A stretch of 64,000 bases of DNA, from NCBI RefSeq assembly GCF_002113885.1, contig NW_018408761.1, positions 2,034,555 through 2,098,554 of the forward strand, written 5' to 3'. The stretch comes from Mizuhopecten yessoensis (taxonomy: Eukaryota). The translations under genes were made by a program, and so were the position numbers. Position 1 is the stretch's first letter; each line of letters begins with the position of its first letter. The notes under the pieces were generated by a model. The model made no database searches. It worked only from the letters and a program-made list of their open reading frames with translations, and had not been told where the DNA came from. Below are positions 53,129-64,000 of this stretch, one piece after another.

Positions 53129-56100
53129 ATGGTAAAGTATTTCGAGCATTAGATCTATAATACTTGTATTCCCCATGAACAGATGCAAGCATTGCCACGC
53201 CCCTTCTTTGGATTTTCTTAGTCTCAGTACCTATCCGGGCTTTGACAAAGCTGTCAACCCTCCCTCATTAGGAGGGAGACTACCTCTTTTTGACAAAAAA
53301 TTACCTATCTCCCTCGAAACTCCCTCATTCAAGTACAAACTCAAATTCTTTACCTGTTGTCAAATGATCTAGTTACTGCAGACCATAAAAGGTACTGTAT
53401 CTGAATCAATTTAATGCTTTTTGGTGTTATTTTGATTCGTAAAAAGGGAAACTACATACTTGCTAACTTTTTAAAATGTCCATGGGGGAGATTACGCGTG
53501 CTTAGAATTAAAAGCATCAATAAAATGTACACATGTATGTACAGCCTAGGGAAAAATAGCACCTTTAAATGGCATTTTTGGCCAGATAATTATTATGCAA
53601 AGCAATCAGAGCTTATAGATTGGCGATTCCCGTCCGTCCGTCTGTTTGCGCTAAGGTAAAAGAAGAATGGTTAAGCTCAGTTTCCAAGTTATTTATTATC
53701 CCACAACTAAAAATTCATGGCTTATGTATCTATGGATGGTTATCACATGCGATGCTTCGGATGCTGCTTCTGACCTACTTATTCCGCTTGACTGACCAGG
53801 TTAAGAAGATTGGTTGAGGTCAGGCCCCATCTGCACTATGGTTAAGAAGATTGGTTTAGGTCATTTACCAAGTAACTACTTGACCTACATCAATGTAACT
53901 CGCATGGCTTATGTATCTAAGGATGCTTATCACATGCAATGCTTCGGATGCTGGTTCTGACCTACATTTTCCGCTTCAGTGACCAGGTCAAGAAGATTGG
54001 TTAAGGTCAGTTACTAAGTCACTATTTCATGTACATCAACTAAACTTGCATGGCTTATGTATCTAAGGATGCTAATCATATGCAATGCTTTGGATACTGG
54101 TTCTGACCTACATTTTCCGCTTGACTGACCAGGTTAAGAAGATTGGTTGAGGTCAGGCCCCATCTGCACTATGGTTAAGAAGATTGGTTTAGGTCATTTA
54201 CCAAGTATCTACTTGTCCAACATCAATAAAACTTGCATGGCTTATGTATCTAAGGATTCTTATCACATGTGATGCTTTACATGAAAATGTACTGTAGCAA
54301 TTTAATTGGCCATATCACCATTGGCGGTTTCTTGTTGATCTGTTCTTTCAGGTGAAATCATCAGATCTTAACAAACAGGAATAGTTAAGCAAATTCAATG
54401 GTTGAAAATGCATTAAGGGGTCCAAAATCGGGAGTATGCCTCCTTAAATATAAGGAGAGTTGGCAAGTATGGAAAGATAAATCGAGCAAAGCAGTTTCAG
54501 TCACATTCCACGCACTTTTTCCCTCATTGGAAATGTGGAATGGGGGAGATCTCCCTTATTGAAGGTTTCAGAGGTTGACACCCATGCATTGGCAGCATAC
54601 TCTTTACGTCTGGACACGAGTTGGAAGTGCTGTATAAAATGTGTTTTAAAGATGGTTAATAGAAAAAAAAATCTGAATTATTCTGTCCAAAGTCTTTTGT
54701 AATAATAATTAATTTGATATTTTTGGGATCAAACAGCAGGTTTTATGATTTGTTTGGTAATTTATGCAAAAAAAATAAAAACTCATGTCAAATAGCATTG
54801 GCACCTTATGCAAATCCAATTAGATGACCAGGGTGCTGATTTGGTAGACTGTCTTTTTAAAGTTTTAAAAAATGCTGATCCCAATGATGATTGGTATCTT
54901 TCACTATAGATATTGCTTTTATCATATTATTGATAAAAGACTAGTTCTCACTGCTAAAACTATTACAAAGAACATTTAACAGTGGCAATGTCATTGCCAA
55001 AAAATCTTATCAAAGATTGTGTTCAAAATCTAAATGTAAATTAATTTGCTTTCTACCATTTGTTTTGTTTTCAGTCTAGAAAGAAAGGTTTGAGTGTTGA
55101 AGAAAAAAGGTCACGCATGATGAATTTTTTCTATGAAAAGGTAATTAAACAACCAGTACATGTATGCACATCAAGCCTTGACTTGGTAGGACTCATCATT
55201 ACACACCATATCCTGTCGCGTCTGAGATCAACCCAGCATAGGTTTTCCCTTTTAAATATTTTTCATTTAGACTGTTGATCTACTACAAATATGCATGCTG
55301 TTGAAGGTGTTTCTTGGGATAGAGAACACTTTTGAATTGGTAGTTGTCTTGACTTAAGTATAAGTCTAGGGACAGGTTTTTTCTCCTGAAAGATAACCTG
55401 GTAAATTAGTACATTGACTATATACTTTTGATTATTACCTAGAAGATGAATGTGAACATTACTCGACACTTAATGGATGTTGGTTTTTTACCCCTGAATT
55501 TTGGTTATTACTTCATGTGCTTTAAAATTGCCCCAAAAGTTGGAAATCTGAATGTATTTTAGGATTTGAGTTGACCGAAATATCAGATTAATTGGTCATA
55601 ATTAATAAGCTTACTGTAGGGGATAATTAGCCAAGTTAGCCAACCCACTAATTTTTTGGCTTTTCCCAGAATAGGCCCACATCTGGCTGTGACCCATCTC
55701 CCACTTTTAGATATCAAATGAACCCTTAAAGGTGAAAGAAAGATTTTTTTCTAGTTAAAAAAACAACAATATTTTTATTGTAAGAAAAACACTTAAGTAT
55801 TGAAGAAATGAACAATTTTGAGTTTTGTCTTTATACACGTGTTTAGTCAATCATTTAAGTAAAAGTTTCAAGCTAATGGTGATATTAACATTTATTGTAT
55901 CAGTATATTATTTTTGAGTGTGTTTTTGTGTTTTCAAACTGTGTATACATGTGAATTATTAATTAGATAATCCTAGTGTAGACATTTCCACAATGCAAAA
56001 ATAAATGAATGCGACTGAAAACACAACAGAATTTATTTAGATCCAAATTATTTCTGTTAAAGTAAACCAATGAATCAGCTAATTAATTGCAGTGCCAGCA

Positions 56101-59100
56101 AGTGCTGTTACAATAATTCAGGTTTCATGATATTTTTTCCAGAAAGACTTCTTCACTCTGAAGGAACTAGAGAGGATGTGTCAGAAAGAGAAGGGGATCA
56201 CCTCCATGTCTGTGAAGGACATTCTCACCAGTCTCGTTGATGATGCCATGGTCGACACAGACAAGATCGGGACCTCCGTCTACTTCTGGGCATTCCCCAG
56301 CAAGGCCAGTCAAAATGTGAGTAAACCTTCCAATAAGAGTTCCTCGATCCATTAGTGTCTCCTCTTAATGTTGGGGATTTATCAAGGTATTTTAGGAAGT
56401 TGAGAAAAAACATCTTTTCAGGGCAAATCTAGGAATGGGAATTCTGAAATGTTTATTAATTAGGAAAGAAAAAATAATAAATTATCTACCAGTAACCTGT
56501 TTGACAGTGTGTCTCATAAAACTCTTTATCTATAGGCGAAACATTCCGGTTCAAGTGACATATGAAATGTACAATTTTGTCACATCGTTGTACAGGTAAA
56601 CAATACAAATCACTTCAGTCATAGCTTGTTAATTGATAATTGTTTTTATTAATGAACCTAAAAGGGAGTTGAGGAATACCGGCCATCTATCGTTCTAGAA
56701 GCAAACCTTGAATGTTAACTAAAGCACTATACTGTTGTTGAGTGCCTTGTATCGTATTTAAAGGAGAAGGAACGAAATAATTTACCTGCTGATCAGTTGA
56801 TATAAAAACAATACCAATATTAATGTTGAAAATACAGAGGAAGAGAAAAATCAATGATGTGACGAATCAGCTGGAGGAGTTCGAGAGTAAGAAGAAGGCA
56901 TTAACAGAGTCTGTGTTGAGGGCCAAGGTTGGCAAGGAAGATAATGTAAGTAATATATATATATAACAAAATAATTAATTGTTGAAGTGTAACTTTTTTG
57001 AAAACTTTCATAGGGCAGATCACGTTTTGAACTTAACATATCTTGTTTGTGTAACTTGAGAAAATTCTAATTTTCCTATTTCAGTGATTCTTCTTTTTTG
57101 TTCATTCTGTATAAAAATAAATAAATTAACTATATCCCCACTTCTATATTGTTGTACCATGGCTTTGCTGTCCAGGGGGTTAGTCCTATGTCAGCTGTGT
57201 TTTAGCTTGAAAACTTAAACACCCCTGCATGCAGTCTTCCTTGGCAAATTCCAGGGGTGTAGACTAACTCCTTCTGCAATTTCTGTAACCTGCTCACGAA
57301 TATGATCACGCCAATCATGTGAGAGGTGGGTTAAGCTTGTTCTGATCTGACCCGACCTAGGTAGGGTTAAGCTTGTTCTGATCTGACCCGACCTAGGAAG
57401 GGTTAAGCTTGTTCTGATCTGACCTGACCTAGGTAGGGTTAAGCTTGTTCTGATCTGACCCGACCTAGGTAGCAAATGCTCTCGATTGGTTTTAGACATT
57501 GCAGTTAAAACATTGCTTGTAAAGGTGTCTATACTTTTTTATAGGTATAATGAAACAGTTAAAATATTGCTTGTAAAGGTGTCTATACTTTTTTATAGGT
57601 ATAATAAAACAGTTAAAGTATAGTATTTTTGGATAAAACAAGTTTCTGGTTCCCCTTGACAAAGCTTTTTTTGTTTTCCATTGGGGAAATAGACCTGGCC
57701 TCAGGGAACCAGAAATTTGGTATGTCCCTCCATTCAATACTATCCTTCAGCTATTTAGGTGATAAACACTACTATAGGAGGATGTCTACAAATCAGATAG
57801 TTCCTCAGGACTTCTGCAGTGATTATTTCATCACTGTCGCTTCATTTATGCATTGTTCACTGAAAAATAAATACATTTAATTCATAACTATATCAAGAAA
57901 TGATTACTGCAATTTTATGTTTACCTTCCATCCTTTTCCCACTCTGCAGTAATGAGGCCAAATACTAGACTTGTCAAAACGTTCCTATAGAAATCTCAAA
58001 TAATGAATCTGTTCACAACGCTTGGGAACCATAGATCTGAACATTTTTAACACTACAGGTAATTTTACTATATATTCAACCACTTTTTTTTACAAGAAAT
58101 TTATAGTTTATGTGAATAAATCAAGTGATGCTAAAATTAGACAACTGTATCAAAATTATTGTTTAAATCTCTGGAATAAGCTATTATCACAGGGTTGTCT
58201 CTATTACTGGAATTGATTTCACAGGATGACCGATCCGAGTTGTTAGCAGAACTTGTAGTGAAGAAGGACGAAAAATCTCGGTTGATGTCAGAATTGGATC
58301 TGTATAGAGAATGTGACCCTGATGTTCTACAGGAAGTCCAGAACCAGACAGTTGTTGCCAAGGAAGCAGCCAATCGGTGGACAGGTAGGATCTGTAAATA
58401 TTACAGTTACTTGTTGCTGTATAGGTAAAGTATAACCCTATAAGCTTGCTTTAAGTCTATGGTTTTACTTATCCACCAAAGGACTGAAGTTTCTCTGGTA
58501 TACCCTCATACTGGGGGACTGTTTCTTTCTCTCCCATCCTATCAATATTACGTTCAGAGACAATGTTTCTATGCATTTGTGATCCGTTTTCTTTCCTGAT
58601 TTCACATGTTCTCACCTGTTGACAACCAATAGTGATCTCTTATTTAACTGTTCCCGTGACATCACAATCTTATGGTTCCTTCCGATGACAACCGATTGTA
58701 ATGTCTTATTTAACTGTTCCCGTGACATCACAATCTTATGGTTCCTTTCGATCATGTTACTTCATGTCATTCCACTGTCTTACCCAAAGTGTGACAAAAA
58801 CAAGAGGCCCAGGGGTCTTAATAGCTCACCTGGTATTTTATTTTTCAATTTAAAACCTGCTGAGTACCATTCAGGTTTATCAAAGGAGTACAAGTAACAA
58901 AGTTACATCTTCCATTTATAAATATTCAATTCCCTTTGCCCAAAGATTCTCTAAAACAAGTTTGGTTAGGTTAAAATCCCTTCAACGGTACAGAAGGAGA
59001 AGGATCTTTAATGTTTTCCTCTATTTCCCCTAATGGGCCCCACTAATCTGCCCCAAAGAAGGGGAATCCACACACCTCAGTTTAAACAAAATTGATTCTT

Positions 59101-60981
59101 TTCTCCCTAAGCATGCTTCAGACTGCATTTGGTTTAAATCCCTTCACTTGTATAGTAGGAGAAAAAAAATCCTCTATTTCCCCTATTGGGCCCCGCTCCT
59201 ATGCCGCCAGAAGGCCCACACCCTCCGTTTATACAAACTTGAGTCTCCTTTGTCCAAAGATGCTCTAGGACAAATTTGGTCAAAATCCTTCAATTGGTTG
59301 AGGAGAAGATTTTTAAAGATTTACCTATTTTCCCCTATTTGGCCCCGTCCCTCTGCCCCCAGGGGGACCATACCCTCCGTTCATACAAAACTGAGAACCC
59401 TTTGGCCAATGATGCTCCAGACCAAATTTGGTCAAAATCCCTTCATCGGTACAAAAGGAGAAGGATATTTGATGTTTTCCTCTATTTCCCCTAATGGGCC
59501 CCACCCATCTGCCCTTAGAAGGAGGCCCACACACCTCAGTTTATACAAAATTGATTCTTTTGTCCCTAATCATGCTTCAGACTGCATTTGGTTAAAATCC
59601 CTTCACTTGTATAGCAGGAGAAAAAAAATCCTCTATTTCCCCTATTGGGCCCCGCCCCTCCGCCCCCAGAGGGGCCACACCCTCCGTTTATACAAACTTG
59701 AGTCTTCTTTGTCCAAAGATGCTCTAGGACAAATTTGGTCAAAATCCTTCAATTGGTTGAGAAGAAGAACATTTTTAAAGATTTACCTTTTTTCCCCTTA
59801 TTTAGCCCCGCCCCTCTGCCCCGAGGGGGGGCTATACCGTCCGTTTATACAAAACTGAGAACCCTTTGGCCAATGATGCTCCTGACCAAGCTTCAGACTG
59901 CATTTGGTTTAAATCCCTTCACTTGTATAGTAGGAGAGAAAAAATCCTCTACTTCCCCTATTTGGCCCCGCCCCTCTGCCCCCAAAGAGGCCACACCCTC
60001 CGTTTATACAAACTTGAGTCTCCTTTGTCCAAAGATGCTCTAGGACAAATTTGGTCAAAATCCTTCTATTGGTTGAGAAGAAGAAGATTTTTAAAGATTT
60101 ACCTATTTTCCCCCTATTTGGCCCCGCCCCTCTGCCCCCAGGGGGGTTATACCCTCCGTTTATACAAAACTGAGAACCCTTTGGCCAATGATGCTCCTGA
60201 CCAAATTTGGTCAAAATCCTCTGAGCCATTCAGGACAAGTAGCATTTTAAAGGAAAAAGTTGCCGGACGCTGCACCATGGGATAAGCTCACCTGGCCCTT
60301 GGGCCAGGTGAGCTAAAAACGATCACCTTTGGGGTGGCAGCATCCTCGATATCCAGGGGTTACACTCACTTTCGCTCTCTGCACCCCTGGAATATGTCAT
60401 AGCAAACTTGAAGGCACGAAGAAAGCTTTTTGATTGGTGTCAGGTAAAAAAAACCTGACCAATCGCTAGGCTGATACCTGTCCTTTGAAGATTACAAAGG
60501 AGTGACGCCCAACTTCAAAGCCTGTCAATTTTGCTAGGACATATTCCGGGGGTGTAGAGAACGAAAGTGAGCATAACCCCTGGATATCGAAGATGGGGTG
60601 ACAGAGAAATGTTGAACAGGTAAAACGGGAGACAATTATGTAAATGTCGGGAGAAATTGGCTTGTTTTGAAAGACTGCTTAAATGTTTTCATCCTTTTCT
60701 GCCTTGACTCTAGAAAATCTACATCTTAATAAGTCTAAGGTGGCAACTTCAAACCCTTCAAAACTTGACATCATAATTCAATTTTTTGTCAAATGTTTGA
60801 CAATGTTATTAACCATATTTGATCTAATAAGGGTATCTTGTTCTTTTTTTAAATGACTCCCTTTCCTTTTGTAGATAATGTGTTTTCCATCAAGTCCTGG
60901 ATTAAACGGAAGTTCTCCTTTGAAGAGAGTGTGATAGACAAACAGTTTGATATCCCAGAGGATTTTGATTATGTTGAATGA
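53129..60981 (+). CDS. MND1: Meiotic nuclear division protein 1 (HOP2-MND1 complex), 205 aa
   Basis: Exons 53129-53131 (ATG only, followed by GTAAAG), 55075-55140, 56143-56316, 56838-56945, 58225-58384, 60875-60981. [86 protein letters not shown] at 60998-61003. The ATG-only first exon is the least certain part. Confidence 0.95.
53575..54336 (+). mobile_element. Non-autonomous Helentron/HINE-like element with internal tandem repeats
   Basis: tttttggccagat...(ccgt)n microsatellite...tggccatatcaccattggcggtttcttgtt; internal repeats gcatggcttatgtatctaaggatgc...ggttaagaagattggtt. Confidence 0.65.
57328..57471. repeat. 36-bp tandem repeat x4
   Basis: gggttaagcttgttctgatctgacccgacctaggta in MND1 intron 4. 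Confidence 0.85.
58798..60319 (-). mobile_element. Non-autonomous Helentron/HINE-like element carrying a ~160-bp satellite array
   Basis: Ends aaacaagaggcccagggg...agctcacctgg and the hairpin agctcacctggcccttgggccaggtgagctaaaaa; internal repeats caaatttggtcaaaatcc...ttcccctattgggccccgccc...ccctccgtttatacaaa. A related truncated copy lies at ~47400-47760. Confidence 0.8.
60341..60595. mobile_element. MITE with long TIRs and ~9-bp TSD (MULE-like)
   Basis: TIR catcctcgatatccaggggttacactcactttcgctctctgcacccctggaatatgtcatagcaaa with its inverse at the right end; flanks gggtggcag / gggtgacag. Confidence 0.75.
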
Positions 60982-61227
60982 CAGTTTTTGTTTGGAAAAT
61001 AAATACATTTATATCATATGTAAATTTGATTGAATATATTGATATTAAACTCACCTTGTAAAGTTTGCTACAATGTATATAATATATATAAATGGTTATC
61101 TAGTATGTTCTAATGAAGACAAGTTCATGGGGGTAATATTTGTTAAATATTTGAAATGCCTTCTAATATACCGCAATGCCTACAGATATGATAATCAGCA
61201 TCTTGCTGGGATGCAGGACTATCAACA

Positions 61228-61846
61228 TTATAAGGCCCCCGCAAAATGTGGGTCAGGGTGCCCTATAGTAATCACAGTGTCCATCTGTCCGTCTGTACTT
61301 TCGTTTCCAGAGATTATCTCGTGATTCAGATCGCCAAAATTTCTGAAATTTCACATGGTGATACACTGTGATGTGCAGATTTGCAATAGGGGTTTAAAAA
61401 GTTCCAAAGGTCAAGGTCACTGTTTCTAAAAATAGAATTGGGACCATACTGTCAAAAATACATCATATAAGGCTGTAAAAGGAGGCCTAACTTTCTGAAA
61501 TTTCTTATGATGATACACTGTAATTATATGCAGATGTGCAATAGTGGTTTAAAAAGTTCCTAAGGTCAAGTTCGCCGTTACAAAAAATAGAATACATCAT
61601 ATAAGGCCCTTACAGAAGGCCAAATTTTCTAAAATGTCACAAGATGGTACTTGTGCAATAGGGCTTTAAAAGTTTCCAAGGTGAACACTGCACTAACTTT
61701 AAAATAGAACAGGGCATATACTGTCAAAAATTGATTGTAAATGGTCCTTCCTGAACAGTCAATGATCACTTTTGCTTTGTGCTTATACGGGAGATGCACT
61801 GTCAGGCATACAGCGGGGCCCTTGCTAACCTGTCAGTATTCTAGTT
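61228..61846 (+). mobile_element. Non-autonomous HINE-like element
   Basis: aaggcccccgc...gtccatctgtccgtctg...gcggggccctt...ttctagtt; internal repeats with aaggtcaaggtcac. Confidence 0.55.
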
Positions 61847-62846
61847 CAAATAAATTACCTTAAACCATCAAGAAAGTTGCACCATTCTATTTTGACGTCT
61901 TCAAACAATTTCTTCTGTGGAATATGAAATTTAGAGTACCAGTTGTGTTAGTTGGTCCATATGGATTGTTAGAATACATGGCTATCAACTTATTGTTCAA
62001 ATGAATAACAAAAGTCAACATCACACTGGCTTTTTATAAGGTTTTATTCATTTTGGCATAACATTCAATATATTTTTGCCAACACCATTAAAATATCAGG
62101 GGATCAATAAAGACCCTTAGTGCTTCTTTTTCAGAAATCATATATTCATGTAATTGCTTTCTGTCAACTCTCTCTTTGACATAATTAATATTTTACAAAA
62201 ACAGAGGCCCATTAATAACTCCTCTGAGGTATGGTCCCACTCAACTACCATATCCATTGTACTTAGTACTGTGGTTTGGGGCTTTCTAAGCATAAGTTCA
62301 CAATAGGAATTAAGTAAACTTTGAGGACAATTCCATCGCCCAAATCATGCTATGCGCCAAGCAAAATTCATGAAATTGTCATACAAACAATAAATGTTAG
62401 CAGAAATCCCTTACTTCAGTCTGGTCTGCTTCATACATGTATGCATTAATAGATTAAAAATAGTGTTAAGATAAAAACAACAAGCTTACCAAACAGTATA
62501 CCTATAGGTTCAGAATTCCTGGTGAAGGTCTTTTTTTTGTATAACAGTTCTCTATTGATTAACAAAAAATGTTGATGAAAACAGGTATCCGATATCTTTC
62601 CTCGCATGTTTGCTTTTCTGAGAAAAAATATAGGGAAAAAGTAAATATTTTGCTGGTTTTTTCTGAATAGCCAGTCAAAATGCATTTAAAATGTTGAGCT
62701 AATTCTGACCGTTGGAATGAGATAAATATGCTTTCATGTCCAGGTGTGAAAGTAAAAAAAACAATTCGGGATTTCCAAATTGGGGCAAAATCCTCCACAA
62801 GCCTTTAGCTAGGGTGAAATATCCATAACCTGCACAAAGTCTTCCA

Positions 62847-63169
62847 TTTTTAGCTCGCCTGTTCGAAGAACAGACAGCTATAGCGATACCCCCGGCGTGA
62901 GTGTCAGCCTGAAAATGTTAAAGTTTTACCTGCAAGTTATTTAGAAGCTTGTCATTCATTAAATATGTGTACTAGGATGCTGATATTTTGCAAAGAGGTT
63001 CCTGTGGGGTTAAATATTAATGAAGTGAAGTTAAAATAAAAAAATAATTTTTTTTTTTTTTTTTAGACTTTTGACCTGTTTTGAACTTTACATTTTTACA
63101 AACAAAATTTTGAATACAATGAAAGTTTGAACAGGCGAGCATTTGGTGGCTTTGACACCATCTCTGGTT
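62847..63169 (+). mobile_element. Short HINE-like element downstream of the death-domain gene stop
   Basis: tttttagctcgcctgttcgaagaacag ... acaggcgagc...ggtggctttgacaccatctctggtt (subterminal inverted repeat and terminal hairpin). Confidence 0.6.
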
Positions 63170-63218
63170 AACCATCTCTGGTTAATCGCCATAATGAAGA
63201 TAGAACAATAATAGGATT

Positions 63219-63556
63219 TCATGACTTTATGATCTTATCTAATGCTTTGGCATATGCTTCAGAATTAAGATCAATGTCATCTGAATGTTCCTGAAACAAG
63301 TTATGTAAAGTTCCAAGTGTCGCTGAACGACCAGTCCTATTTTTCCATCTGACAATAAGTTGATGTATGACGGTAGATCCTCCATATTTCTCGTTGTCGG
63401 CCTGGACTTGTGAGATTTCTACGTCATTAAAACCAAGACAAGCACCAAATGCAATTAATTTTTGAGGTGGAAATGTTTTTGAAAGGAACATTGCATATTT
63501 ATCTGTCACCGATTTGATTTTCAATTTTTCAGGAATCTCTGGATAGCGGTCATCAC
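63219..63556 (-). CDS. Terminal exon of a death-domain-containing protein (upstream exons outside the window)
   Basis: Acceptor tttgtacag at 63557; DDRYPEIPEK...LGFNDVEISQVQADN...IHQLIVRWKNRTGRSATLGTLHNLF...KIIKS* matches the death-domain pattern (LG-x4-I-x2-I-x2-D/N; L-x2-W-x6-AT-x3-L). Confidence 0.75.
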
Positions 63557-63621
63557 CTGTACAAATATAATAACACAGAATACACTTCGGACACGCATAC
63601 ATTTAGTATCAACTTCAGAGT

Positions 63622-63809
63622 ATTCCGTCTTTGCGTATTGCAGAGTTATCTTCTCTTTAGAGCAGGTATTGATTGTTACATCATTTGTTTTTGAGAGTAA
63701 CGTCATCAATATTTGAGAAAACGACGCAATTTTCTCACACAAACCAATGACGTAACAATCATTACCTGCTCACAAGTGAAGATAACTCTGCAATACGCAA
63801 AGACGGAAT
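63622..63809. mobile_element. MITE with perfect 29-bp TIRs
   Basis: attccgtctttgcgtattgcagagttatc (63622-63650) and gataactctgcaatacgcaaagacggaat (63781-63809). Confidence 0.8.
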
Positions 63810-64000
63810 TGAAAGGTTGTGACACTTAATACAATCTAAATTGCTTTTTCCTATACTGAAAAGGAATACCATTTTCTATGCACCGACAAAATTTATTTAC
63901 ATTTTATTCCGGAACTTATTAATGGAAATAAAAGTTAGTTAAGAAACAGTTAATTGTATCTGTCACTTATTAGATACATCCAGCTTTTCAGTGTGAAATG

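Noticed and set aside
59148-60285. Overlapping 70-236 aa ORFs as a transposase or nested gene
   Set aside because: They lie within the satellite array of a non-autonomous element and show no recognisable transposase, Rep or helicase motifs.

Overview
AT-rich eukaryotic (metazoan) DNA with spliceosomal GT-AG introns. The repeat content (tRNA-derived SINEs, Helentron/HINE-like elements, CR1-type LINE ends, MITEs) suggests a mollusc, possibly a bivalve; this is inference. I reconstructed six genes by hand, checking splice sites and phase: MCCC1 (minus, 17 coding exons, C-terminus runs off the left edge); a 4-exon CYP1-like/clan-2 P450 (plus, head-to-head with MCCC1); an 8-exon CYP2-like P450 (plus); TMCO6 (minus, 12 exons); MND1 (plus, 6 coding exons, head-to-head with TMCO6); and the last exon of a death-domain protein (minus). 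The two >1200-aa ORFs at 24-28 kb are read-outs of a 42-bp satellite with a 3-monomer higher-order structure and are probably not proteins. Most notable observations: (1) five introns in three genes contain arrays or copies seeded from their own exon/intron junction, creating decoy donors or acceptors; (2) in one of these (MCCC1 exon 13) the exon-adjacent donor reads GA while all five intronic copies keep GT; (3) the CYP1-like enzyme has intact heme and ExxR motifs but lacks the I-helix acid/Thr catalytic pair; (4) two different LINE 3' ends are fused 5'-to-5' in TMCO6 intron 1.
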